From Candidatus Latescibacterota bacterium (GTDB lineage Bacteria; Latescibacterota; UBA2968; SICM01), in NCBI GenBank assembly GCA_965217865.1, contig CBDCJO010000002.1, positions 4,736,001 through 4,800,000 on the forward strand: a DNA stretch of 64,000 bases, read 5' to 3'. Positions 9,607-18,697 of this stretch are shown piece by piece. The position numbers and the translations under genes were made by a program. Each line of letters opens with the position of its first letter. The first letter of the stretch is position 1. Below the pieces are notes generated by a model that saw only the letters and a program-made list of their open reading frames with translations, did no database searches and was not told the DNA's origin.

Positions 9607-10785
9607 ATGGGTTTTTTGATTCACCTGGATTGTTCCCGGTGCGGCAAGGGTTATGACATGGACAAGATCCATAACCTGAGCGCGTGCTGCGGGGCCCCGC
9701 TGCTTTCGCGCTACGATCTGGAAGGAATACGGGACGCTCTTCACCGGGAGGATCTCCCCCGGCGTCGGCCGGACATGTGGCGTTACGTCGAGCTGCTGCC
9801 CGTGGACGGACCGGAAGAGATCGTATCTCTGGGGGAGGGATTCACCCCGCTTATCCGGTCCAAACGGCTTGGCGGGATGGCAGGGCTGCAGAACCTCTGG
9901 ATCAAGGACGAGTCCCTGAATCCGACAGGGTCGTTCAAGGCGAGGGGACTTTCGGCCGCTGTGTCTCGAGCGAAGGTCCTGGGTGCCACCCACCTGGCGA
10001 TTCCCTCCGCCGGAAACGCTGCAGGAGCGATGTCGGCTTACACCGCGGCGGCCGGGCTTGAGGCATCGGTTTTCATGCCGAGGGACGTTCCAGAAGCATT
10101 CCGAATAGAATGTGTTTCCCTGGGGGCCAGAGTCGAACTCGTCGACGGGTTGATCACGGATTGTGGAAGACGGATCGCAGAGCAGCGGGAGGCCATGGGC
10201 TGGTTCGATGTCTCGACCTTGAAGGAGCCGTATCGCGTCGAGGGCAAGAAGACGATGGGGTTCGAACTGGCCGAACAGATGGGGTGGGCTCTGCCGAGCG
10301 TGATCGTATATCCCACAGGAGGCGGGACCGGATTGATCGGGATGTGGAAGGCCTTCGAAGAGATGGAAAGGCTTGGATGGATCGATGAGGGCCGGCCTCG
10401 CATGGTGTCTGTGCAGGCGGCGGGATGCGCACCGATCGTTCGAGCCTTCGAGCGGGGGAAAGAGGCGGCGGAGGCATGGGAGGATGCCCACACGATGGCC
10501 TCTGGTCTTCGTGTTCCCAGCGCCGTCGGGGATTTCCTGATGCTCAGGATCATCCGTCAGAGCGAGGGTATTGCAATATCGGTCACGGACCAGGAGATGG
10601 TCGCCGCATTACGGGAGATGGGATCGGCTACCGGATTGTTTCCGGCCCCCGAAGGGGCGGCTGCCTGGGCGGGGACGAAGCGGTTGGCGGCTGAGGGATG
10701 GATAGGGGAGGATGATCGCGTCGTGGTATTCAATACCGGCAGCGGACTGAAATACATCGACGTTTTGGGTAGCCACCTGAATTGA
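9607..10785 (+). CDS. thrC: Threonine synthase family PLP enzyme
   Basis: N-terminal CxxC..C, MWRY, SLGEGFTPL, NPTGSFKARG (PLP Lys), SAGNA, EGKKT, PTGGG and TGSGLK. Confidence 0.88.
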   Translation: MGFLIHLDCSRCGKGYDMDKIHNLSACCGAPLLSRYDLEGIRDALHREDLPRRRPDMWRYVELLPVDGPEEIVSLGEGFTPLIRSKRLGGMAGLQNLWIKDESLNPTGSFKARGLSAAVSRAKVLGATHLAIPSAGNAAGAMSAYTAAAGLEASVFMPRDVPEAFRIECVSLGARVELVDGLITDCGRRIAEQREAMGWFDVSTLKEPYRVEGKKTMGFELAEQMGWALPSVIVYPTGGGTGLIGMWKAFEEMERLGWIDEGRPRMVSVQAAGCAPIVRAFERGKEAAEAWEDAHTMASGLRVPSAVGDFLMLRIIRQSEGIAISVTDQEMVAALREMGSATGLFPAPEGAAAWAGTKRLAAEGWIGEDDRVVVFNTGSGLKYIDVLGSHLN

Positions 10786-10794
10786 GATGAAAGA

Positions 10795-12285
10795 ATGGCC
10801 TTCACGTTCGACGACATCGGAAGATTGACCGACCGGGAAATTCAGCTGGTTCTGCAGAAGGTGGATCGGGAAGATCTGGCTGCCGCGTTGAAGGGGGCCC
10901 GTCCCGAAATGAAGGACCGCATTTTCTCAAACGTCTCGCCGCGGATTGGCCAGATGATCAAGGAAGCCATGAAGTTTTCCGAACCGGTGTATAAAAGCCA
11001 CGTTGAAGATGGGCAAATCAGGATCGTTCAAACGGTTCGTCGGCTGGTCGAGATGGGTGAGGTTACCATCGATGGTATGGAAGTGGGGGAGGCACTGGAT
11101 CCGGAATCGGCCGGGTCAAGGGATTATAGGGTTCGGCGAATCGGTGCCGAGGAATCGAGCCGGAGGATCCGGCCCCTGATCGGCCCTCTGGCAGCCATGC
11201 TCGGGCCGATGGGTCCCAGGTTGCGTGGGATTCTTTATTCGTGTCTCCCCGATCCCGTGGTTCGGGGGGTGAATGCAAAGCTCGCGAGTGAATTCGCATT
11301 CGAGGAGGAAGAAGCCACGCCCCTGGAAGTTGACCTGAGGTTCCAGGCCGAAACTGCATGGCAGGTCCCGACTGAGGCCTCGGACCCCGATGGAGGCTCG
11401 GAATCCTATGATCTCGGACTCGTAGATGTCCTGGCCGTGATGCTGCGGGGAGGCAAGCCTTCAGCCATCGCCAAGGCCCTTGAACAGATGCCGGGTTCTC
11501 TTCCTACGGATGTCCTATTTAGAATCGCCGCTTCCGACTTCAAAGAGATTCCTGCACGGATCAGGAGAAAAGAAGCCAGGATTTTCCTCCGGAAGCTCGG
11601 AGGGGCACTGGTCGGAGTGTCGCTCGAACCTTCGCCCCTGATGGCGGCTCAAGCCATCCGGGAAGTCCCGCCTGTACCCGCCCGCCGGATCATGACCGAT
11701 CTGAACCGGGTCAGGCCTGATGTGATGAAAAAGGTTCAGGGCCTCGCATATGCCGTACACGACCTGTTGGATCTCTCCGATCCGGAATTGCAGATGGTTC
11801 TGACCGGTATCCAAAACCGGGAGATCGGGTTGATTTTGAAATCAGTTTCCGCCATCATCCGGACTCGATTCATTCAAAACATGTCGCCTAGGCGAAGAAA
11901 GGCCGTCGATGCGGAGGCAACTTGGGCAGGCAAGGTGAATCCCGTCGCCGCCCAAAATGCGAAGGAGCAGCTTCTGGATCGAGCGCGTTCGTTGTACGAA
12001 AAGGGCAGGCTTAACGGATATTTCGGGTCCATCGAGGACATCGAAACGAAAGAGGAGAAGTGGATGGAAGTCCGGAAAGCCGTCTACGGTCGGTATTCCG
12101 ATTGGGTGGCAAAAGGCGGTTGGCGATATCGAGAGAGAAGTAGGCAGTCGGTTGGGGTCGTCGGAATCGCGATTTGCTTTGTGTTGATCATGTTGCTGTT
12201 GTTCAAACTATTGAACGTGATGGGGGAGTTTCAGAAAAAGGCAGGCTCGACGGTCCGGAAAGGATTAACGCTGGAAAAAATCTAA
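10795..12285 (+). CDS. Protein with two FliG C-terminal domains and a C-terminal TM helix (non-canonical FliG paralog)
   Basis: N-terminal FTFDDIGRLTDREIQLVL...ALKGA...FSNVSPR; second copy DLLDLSDPELQMVL...NMSPRR; TM helix VGVVGIAICFVLIMLLLF. Confidence 0.8.
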   Translation: MAFTFDDIGRLTDREIQLVLQKVDREDLAAALKGARPEMKDRIFSNVSPRIGQMIKEAMKFSEPVYKSHVEDGQIRIVQTVRRLVEMGEVTIDGMEVGEALDPESAGSRDYRVRRIGAEESSRRIRPLIGPLAAMLGPMGPRLRGILYSCLPDPVVRGVNAKLASEFAFEEEEATPLEVDLRFQAETAWQVPTEASDPDGGSESYDLGLVDVLAVMLRGGKPSAIAKALEQMPGSLPTDVLFRIAASDFKEIPARIRRKEARIFLRKLGGALVGVSLEPSPLMAAQAIREVPPVPARRIMTDLNRVRPDVMKKVQGLAYAVHDLLDLSDPELQMVLTGIQNREIGLILKSVSAIIRTRFIQNMSPRRRKAVDAEATWAGKVNPVAAQNAKEQLLDRARSLYEKGRLNGYFGSIEDIETKEEKWMEVRKAVYGRYSDWVAKGGWRYRERSRQSVGVVGIAICFVLIMLLLFKLLNVMGEFQKKAGSTVRKGLTLEKI

Positions 12286-12340
12286 AAAGGTCTGATGGAT
12301 TCGACTCCAAGGCTTTCCTGAAGGGATGCGAGGTTGAAAC

Positions 12341-12724
12341 GTGGTCTGTAAAGAGATCGGAAACTATAAAGTTTTTGAAGTGGAAAAAACGGATATTGTC
12401 GTGGTTTTGGGAGAGGTGAGCGGACAGCGAGATTTTCTTGTCGCGTATGGGTTTGAGGAGAATCCTCAGACGAAGGAATGGGTCGGGGATGGGGGATGCC
12501 TTTATAGGATGACCCCAGAGGACTTTTACGATCGGTTCGGCATTGAAGGAGGGAGGCTCCAGGCGCAGGTCACAGACGGGAGCCGTATCTGTATCGTGGA
12601 TGCCCTTCCGGAGGTCGAAGAAGACGATAGGGGAAGAAGCGTTATCGTAAAGATCAGGTCCCTCGAACTGGACACGCATCAGGTCATTAACCAGGTGATG
12701 TCCAGGATGCTCGAAAGGGGATGA
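12341..12724 (+). CDS. Hypothetical protein
   Basis: 127-aa ORF with GAGG RBS before a GTG start; no recognised motif. Confidence 0.6.
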   Translation: MVCKEIGNYKVFEVEKTDIVVVLGEVSGQRDFLVAYGFEENPQTKEWVGDGGCLYRMTPEDFYDRFGIEGGRLQAQVTDGSRICIVDALPEVEEDDRGRSVIVKIRSLELDTHQVINQVMSRMLERG

Positions 12725-12728
12725 TGGA

Positions 12729-14042
12729 TTAGGAGTTCAAGATCATTTCCGCACACCGGTGGCCGCTGAACACAGCACTTTCGATAGTCGGCGGGAGGCC
12801 GGTATCGGTCCAGTCGCCTGCGAGGAAGAGGTTTCTCACGGGCGATTTCTGTTTTGGGCGAACGATACCGACTCTCGTGGAGAGGGTCGCTTCTCGTTCC
12901 TTCACGGCGAAGGCTCGAGTCGGACAGGCGGACCGGGCTTCGGGAAAGAGACGCCGGATGTCGGTGACGGCCGTGCGGATAAGTTCCCCCTGTGAGCGGT
13001 TGATATGGTCGTGAGCAGCACTGATGACCATGGCGATATAGCCCTGATTGGGGGAGGATTTAAGGATTATCGAACGATTGAATGCCCATTGGCATTCGGT
13101 CCCCAGTAAACCTATGAATGATTCCGACATGATGGGTCGGTCGAACCAGACGTTAATCGAGACGATGGGAGCGGTCCGCAGGGAACGTAGCGATTCGGCG
13201 CCTGGCAGGATAGGGATCAGGGCGTGGTGTGGAACAGCGGAGATCACAGCATCGCCGTTCAAGCGGGCGCCGTCCTTCAAGGTGATTCCCCGACATCGGC
13301 CGCCATCGATATCGATTCCTGCGACATGCATCCCTAGGCGAACCTCCCCGCCTTTGGATTCGATATAGTCTCTGGCGGCGTCGGTATACAGGTTGGAAAG
13401 TCCGACCGTTGATAGCCCAAGACAGGCGTCCGCCCGGTTCCCCATCAGTCCCTGCCGGAGAACGGTCGCCAGACCCTCTGCGGCGGCGAGGTGGGGCAAC
13501 TCATTCAGGGATGCGACCGCGAGGGGGGTCCAGAAATTCGAAATGATATCCTCGGACTGACGGTTGAGAAGGAGCCACTCCCTCACCGTGAGATTTTGCA
13601 GGTCTCCGACCTTCCGGGTGGCCAGGTCGCCCATGATGTGGCGGAAACGGAAGATATCTCCGACGGAGACTGTACTCAATGTAGAAAATCCCCCAAGGAT
13701 GTGATAGGGAGCGGGAAGACGGGGACACTTCAAGGCGGTGGACCGGGCGTCCGGGGTTCGGAAATCGACGCGGAGGTCCCTCTGGAAGCCGATTCGTTCC
13801 TCGGTTCCGATCGTGGCGAGGAAACGTCTCGTCTCACGGTAACAGGCCATAAACAGGTGCTGGCCATTGTCGACAACATCGCCGGTAACCTCGTCCCGGA
13901 AGGAATAGGCCCGGCCCCCCAAACGTTTTCGGCCTTCGAGAAGGGTGACACATCGACCCCCTTCCGCCAGAGCGACGGCGGCCGAGAGCCCGGAAAAGCC
14001 TCCGCCGATGACAATGACCTGTTTCAAGTTCCGACTTTCCAT
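12729..14042 (-). CDS. hpnE: Hydroxysqualene dehydroxylase HpnE
   Basis: GGGFSG FAD motif, LGGRAYSF, DNGQHL and LAGDWTDTGLPPTIESAV; follows hpnD. Confidence 0.92.
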   Translation of the reverse strand: MESRNLKQVIVIGGGFSGLSAAVALAEGGRCVTLLEGRKRLGGRAYSFRDEVTGDVVDNGQHLFMACYRETRRFLATIGTEERIGFQRDLRVDFRTPDARSTALKCPRLPAPYHILGGFSTLSTVSVGDIFRFRHIMGDLATRKVGDLQNLTVREWLLLNRQSEDIISNFWTPLAVASLNELPHLAAAEGLATVLRQGLMGNRADACLGLSTVGLSNLYTDAARDYIESKGGEVRLGMHVAGIDIDGGRCRGITLKDGARLNGDAVISAVPHHALIPILPGAESLRSLRTAPIVSINVWFDRPIMSESFIGLLGTECQWAFNRSIILKSSPNQGYIAMVISAAHDHINRSQGELIRTAVTDIRRLFPEARSACPTRAFAVKEREATLSTRVGIVRPKQKSPVRNLFLAGDWTDTGLPPTIESAVFSGHRCAEMILNS

Positions 14043-14872
14043 TTGCGCTTAGCCCAGGTATTCACAGCAATTCCAAGTTTGCGGGTTGTCGAGAGCGTTA
14101 TCGGCCGACTGAAGACATCGTAGCCGCGGCGTTCGATTTCCTGAAGCAATCGAAAATAGATCCTCCCCATGATCTCGGCCGAAAAGAGCCGGCCTTTATC
14201 CTCGGGAGTGAGTAGGGACCCCGCCCGTTGATAAAATTCCCGGACGCGGGAACACTCGAAGGCCATCAGGTTTCGAAAAGCATCATTGCACCGGGTGCAG
14301 ATCAGGTCGTCCTCGGTATAGCCAAACTTGAGAAGGTCCTCTTTCGGGATATAGATGCGGCCTTGTGCTGCGTCCGCTTTGAGATCCCGGAGGATATTGG
14401 TCAATTGGAGGGCGATCCCGAGAGCGATTGCGTATTCTTTTGTTTTTGGATTGGAATAGCCGAAAATCTCGATGCAGATCAGACCTATGACCGAAGCCAC
14501 TTTAAAGCAGTAGTTGTATAAGGCATCGAAAGTCTCGTAGCGACGCGTGGTCAGATCCATTTCGACGCCGTCGATAAGTTCGTGGAAGTATTGTTTCGGA
14601 ATCGGGAAATGGGGGATGGTATCTGCAAGTCGATGGGTTATAGGATGGTTGGGCCGGCCATCGTAACAAGCATCCAGCTCAGATCGCCATCGGTCAAGGT
14701 TCTCCCGCGGATCGCCGTCCGATTGTCCGTCTACGATGTTGTCGGTGTACCGGCTGAAGGCGTAGGTGGTGTAGATCGCTTCCCGCTCGGGTTTAGGAAG
14801 AAAAATGAAGGCAAAGTAGAAGTTTGTCTTTGCCTTACGCGTCAATCTATTGCAGTAAGCCTTTGGATTCAT
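14024..14872 (-). CDS. hpnD: Presqualene diphosphate synthase HpnD
   Basis: NFYFAF, DNIVD, GVEMDL, LQLTNILRD and GRIYIP. Confidence 0.9.
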   Translation of the reverse strand: MNPKAYCNRLTRKAKTNFYFAFIFLPKPEREAIYTTYAFSRYTDNIVDGQSDGDPRENLDRWRSELDACYDGRPNHPITHRLADTIPHFPIPKQYFHELIDGVEMDLTTRRYETFDALYNYCFKVASVIGLICIEIFGYSNPKTKEYAIALGIALQLTNILRDLKADAAQGRIYIPKEDLLKFGYTEDDLICTRCNDAFRNLMAFECSRVREFYQRAGSLLTPEDKGRLFSAEIMGRIYFRLLQEIERRGYDVFSRPITLSTTRKLGIAVNTWAKRKWKVGT

Positions 14873-14878
14873 CGAAAT

Positions 14879-15955
14879 TCAAACTCGGATCATGGATCCT
14901 GAGCCAGAGCGATTTGGCCATTTCGGATCCCGAACTCTGATACCCGAAACCCATGTTTCGAACCCCCAAGCCCGATAGACAATAGTGAGTTTGTCGCGGA
15001 CCGAGAGGGTCGGACGGTGTTTGAAAACATCATACCCCTGGGTTTCGATTCGCTCCAGGATGCGGATCCCGCCAAGGTAGGTGAGCCTGAGTTCATACGA
15101 AAGACGCCGGTAGGCGGATTGCGGAAGTGGAAGGCAGGACCCTTTGATCGGATTGCTCACCAGGGGAAGGCCCTTGTGGAAAAGGCTTCGCGTCCGGTTA
15201 ATCTGGAAGTTCATGAGCTGTACAAACCCAGGGGTGACGCGACCGGCATCCAGGTGTTCCTCCACGACCCCGAACCTCTGGAGATCCGCCTGGGGGAGAT
15301 AGATGCGGCCCTTTCGTAGGTCGATGGCGATGTCCTGCCAGAAGTTGGTCAGTTGTAGCGCTGTGCAAATAGAATCTGAGAGCTTTCCAAGCACGGGGTC
15401 GAAAAGGCCAAAAAGGTGGAGAACAAGCCTGCCGATCGGGTTTGCCGAGTAGCGGCAATAGTCCAGCAAGTCATCGAAGGTCCGATGCCGATTTACGTTG
15501 ACATCCCTTCGGAAGGCGGTCAGAAGGTCACAGAACAAAGAAACCGGAAGATTCCAACGCCTGATTGTATCCCCAAGGGCGATAAAGACGGGATGGGTCG
15601 ATTTTTCTTCACAGGTGAGTAGAAGGTCTTTCCACTCGTCCAACCTTTTGAGGCGGACACCTTCGAAGATCGATTCATCGGAAAAATCGTCGGCTCCCCG
15701 TGAAAAGGCGTAAATGGCACAGATGGCGCGCCGATGGACTTTGGGAAGTAATCGGGATGCCACCGGGAAGTTTTCGTAATGATTCCGTGTTATCTTTTCA
15801 CAATGTGCATAGGCCTGATCGATCGTGTGCCCGGAGGTGGCCCCGAGAGGGAATGCCCTTTTTAAATCCTGGTCAGCATCCTTCATAGATGCTCGTATGT
15901 AATGGGGTTGAAGGCCTTTATTTCGACTGAAATTCCAATTTACGGAACGATACAT
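14879..15955 (-). CDS. hpnC: Hydroxysqualene synthase HpnC
   Basis: HYENFPVAS, ADDFSDE, YCRYSANPIGRL and LQLTNFWQD. Alternative start at 15886. Confidence 0.9.
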   Translation of the reverse strand: MYRSVNWNFSRNKGLQPHYIRASMKDADQDLKRAFPLGATSGHTIDQAYAHCEKITRNHYENFPVASRLLPKVHRRAICAIYAFSRGADDFSDESIFEGVRLKRLDEWKDLLLTCEEKSTHPVFIALGDTIRRWNLPVSLFCDLLTAFRRDVNVNRHRTFDDLLDYCRYSANPIGRLVLHLFGLFDPVLGKLSDSICTALQLTNFWQDIAIDLRKGRIYLPQADLQRFGVVEEHLDAGRVTPGFVQLMNFQINRTRSLFHKGLPLVSNPIKGSCLPLPQSAYRRLSYELRLTYLGGIRILERIETQGYDVFKHRPTLSVRDKLTIVYRAWGFETWVSGIRVRDPKWPNRSGSGSMIRV

Positions 15956-16011
15956 CGGGATACAAGGAATTTCAGCCTCCCCATTTCCAGGGGAATAACG
16001 TTGAAAAATCC

Positions 16012-16040
16012 TTGACAGGTTTCGAGACGAGAACTATATT
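16012..16040 (+). promoter_or_regulatory. Sigma70-type promoter of the B12 operon
   Basis: TTGACA (16012-16017), 17-bp spacer, TATATT (16035-16040), just upstream of the riboswitch. Confidence 0.7.
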
Positions 16041-16079
16041 TGGGATTGTTGTTGAAAGAAAAAACTCTTTGACAATTCG

Positions 16080-16250
16080 AATAGTCTGACCCAGGTATCC
16101 CTCAGGGATCGAACAGGGAAGACGGTGAAAGACCGTCGCGGGCCCGCCGCTGTAACCGGGTTTCGAAATCCGATGTTTTGCCACTGGCCAAAAGGCTGGG
16201 AAGGCTTCGGAGAGTAAAACAAACCCGGAAGCCAGAAGACCTGCCTGGAT
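16080..16250 (+). ncRNA. Cobalamin riboswitch
   Basis: Contains CAGGGAA-GACGGTGAAAGACCGTC, CCCGCCGCTGTAA, GCCACTG...GGGAAGGC and B12-box AGCCAGAAGACCTGCC; lies upstream of a TonB receptor and cob genes. Confidence 0.95.
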
Positions 16251-16326
16251 CGCTTTTCTGGAAGTACTTCCCCGGCGCGGGAAGCTGACAGGAGATCCCT
16301 GTACACAGGGTGACTGGATCTTCGAT

Positions 16327-16363
16327 CCCCAGCTTCGGCAACGCCGAGGATGGGGTTTTTTTT
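16327..16363 (+). terminator. Riboswitch expression platform: hairpin plus T8 that also sequesters the RBS
   Basis: CCCCAGCTTCGGC-AAC-GCCGAGGATGGGG-TTTTTTTT lies directly before ATG 16364; GAGGA is in the 3' stem arm. Confidence 0.75.
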
Positions 16364-18610
16364 ATGCGGTTCGCTCTTATCGTTTGTGCTCTTGGGCTGA
16401 TTCTGAGGTCCGGTTGTTCCTCCCCCGTGCCGGCGGACGATGCCGGACGAATGACAGGCGTGATCGTCGATGCCGAGACAGGTGAACCGATTCCGGGCGC
16501 GAAGGTGAGCGTGGAGGGCCAACACCTGGCTGCCGAAGCCGATTCATCCGGGAAATTTGTCCTGGATGGGGTCGGTGCTGGGCCGCAGCGGTTGCGGGTG
16601 GAGCGGATTGGGTATGCGGGGATTTTTGTGAAAGTGACAGCATCGGCCGAAAGGGAAGTCCCGATCCGTTTGACCATGTCACCGGAGGCCTTGCAAGTCG
16701 AAGGCATTTCGGTGACTGAAAGACGAGGGGCGAATGACATCGAGATCGCCCCCACTTTTGCGACCGTTATCGAGGCCAAGACCTTTCAGGGGCGGACAAC
16801 GTCCCTTCCAGAGCTACTTTCAGAGACCGCGGGCGTACACGTCGAGTCGATGGGGGGATTGGGCAGCTTCAGCACGATATCGATCCGGGGTTCGTCAGCC
16901 GAGCAGGTTCAGGTCTATCTTGACGGCGTCCTATTGAACACGGCTTTCGGTGGGGGGGTAAACCTGAGCGACATCCCCGTTTCGGATGTGGAGCGCATCG
17001 AAATCTACAGGGGAAAAGCCCCGATCTGGACCGGAGGGGAAGGGATGGGAGGGGCGGTGCACATCCGGACCTGGAACATCGGGGATCGACAGGTACAGAA
17101 AGGTTCCGCGTCTATCGGGTCTTTCGGGACCGGGAAGGGGAGCTGGACCCTCTCCCAGCGGCGAGGGCGAATGGGCATGCTGGCCGCTGTGGATTACAGC
17201 CGGAGCGCCAATGACTTTCGATTCCGGGACGACAACGGGACAGAGTATAATCCTGCCGACGATGGGTTTGAACAGCGTAGAAACAACGACTTCGCATCGA
17301 TGAGTCTGCTAACGAAGGTGAGCTATGACGAAGCGGGTCGATTTTCCTGCTCATTGAGCAACAGCTTTTACAGGAAAGCACAGGGAATGCCCAACATCGG
17401 CAACAACCAGGCCCGACACGCCCGATTCGAGGTGATCCGGGATCTGGTTGAAGGCTCTGCGGAAGTTCAGGGACTGGCGAGTGGCCGCCTGACCCTCCGG
17501 CAAACCCTTTCTTTCAGCCACGTGGCGGAGGACTTTGAAGATCGTTTCGGGGAAGTGGGATTGGGAAACCAGGATAATCACAACCGGTCGCAGGCCCTCG
17601 CCTTTCGGCAGGCCATTCAGTCGCACCTCGGCCGGAATCACGTGGCCTCTGTTTTCTATGAAGTCCGCCGGGAGACCTTCAAACCCTCGGACAACCTGGC
17701 TTCCACCGCCAGGTTCTTCAACAGCCGACGCTGGACGTTTGCCGGGGGGGGCGAAGATAAGAGTTTCCTGTTCAATGGGCGCCTGGGAATTGTATCGAGC
17801 GTCCGGGTTGAATCCCGGCGCAGCCGGTTTGTCGAAGAGAACCCCTATCTCTTCTCACCCCTTGTACCTACCCATAAACGGACGGACGCCACGTGGAATG
17901 TCCACGAAGGCGTTCGCGGAACCCTCCTTCCAGGATTGATCGTGAAGGGCAATTTCGGAAAATACAACCGAGCCCCGAGCTTCTATGAGCTGTTCGGTGA
18001 TCGGGGAGGAGTCATCGGGAACACGGACCTGAAAGCGGAGCGAGGCTTGACGTGGGATGTGGGGTTTCGGGGGGAGTGGCCGGGAAAGGGTCCCATCGCC
18101 ACGGGGGAGATCGTCTATTTCGACCGTCGGGCGGAGGATCTGATTCAGTTCGTCCAGCACTCCCAGGGGGTCTCTCGGGCACACAACCTGAGCCGTGCCC
18201 GGATCCGCGGCATCGAGGTCGTTTTCAACGCGGCTCTCGGGGAAATTATCAGGGTGAGTGGCAACTATACCCACCAACGAGCGCGGGATCGGTCCAGGAT
18301 TCCTCACCGGCGGAATAAGATCCTGCCGAATCGGCCTCAACACGAAGGGCACGGAAAAGGTGAAGTCCGGGCAGGGGGGGCCAACTTGACCTATGCCTTG
18401 GCGTTTGAAGGGGGGAGCTTTTTGGATGGGGCGAACCTGAGGCCCGTCCGTGCCCGTGTCATCCACAACGCCGGCGTCTCTTTCAGCCTGATCCGGTCCC
18501 TGGAGGCGACCTGTGAAGTCAAGAACCTGACGAATAACCAGGTGGCCGATGTATGGGGATATCCGCTTCCCGGGAGGGGATATTTCGTCGGGGTAAGCGG
18601 GAAGTTTTGA
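16364..18610 (+). CDS. btuB: TonB-dependent receptor, BtuB-like, with N-terminal carboxypeptidase-regulatory-like domain
   Basis: GVIVDAETGEPIPGA; plug motifs ISIRGS, VQVYLDGV and ERIEIYRG; C-terminal KNLTN...PGRGYFVGVSGKF; riboswitch-controlled. Confidence 0.88.
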   Translation: MRFALIVCALGLILRSGCSSPVPADDAGRMTGVIVDAETGEPIPGAKVSVEGQHLAAEADSSGKFVLDGVGAGPQRLRVERIGYAGIFVKVTASAEREVPIRLTMSPEALQVEGISVTERRGANDIEIAPTFATVIEAKTFQGRTTSLPELLSETAGVHVESMGGLGSFSTISIRGSSAEQVQVYLDGVLLNTAFGGGVNLSDIPVSDVERIEIYRGKAPIWTGGEGMGGAVHIRTWNIGDRQVQKGSASIGSFGTGKGSWTLSQRRGRMGMLAAVDYSRSANDFRFRDDNGTEYNPADDGFEQRRNNDFASMSLLTKVSYDEAGRFSCSLSNSFYRKAQGMPNIGNNQARHARFEVIRDLVEGSAEVQGLASGRLTLRQTLSFSHVAEDFEDRFGEVGLGNQDNHNRSQALAFRQAIQSHLGRNHVASVFYEVRRETFKPSDNLASTARFFNSRRWTFAGGGEDKSFLFNGRLGIVSSVRVESRRSRFVEENPYLFSPLVPTHKRTDATWNVHEGVRGTLLPGLIVKGNFGKYNRAPSFYELFGDRGGVIGNTDLKAERGLTWDVGFRGEWPGKGPIATGEIVYFDRRAEDLIQFVQHSQGVSRAHNLSRARIRGIEVVFNAALGEIIRVSGNYTHQRARDRSRIPHRRNKILPNRPQHEGHGKGEVRAGGANLTYALAFEGGSFLDGANLRPVRARVIHNAGVSFSLIRSLEATCEVKNLTNNQVADVWGYPLPGRGYFVGVSGKF

Positions 18611-18697
18611 AAAGAAAAAGGTCCAGGCTCCAAGTTTCAAGTTCCAAGAAATATATCCAAATGAAAGATACGTTTCACCCTTCTCGGGAGTGAGCGC

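Noticed and set aside
16034-16363. ORFs overlapping the riboswitch, and the 16310 start for the receptor
   Set aside because: The region is riboswitch and leader RNA; the signal peptide starts at ATG 16364.
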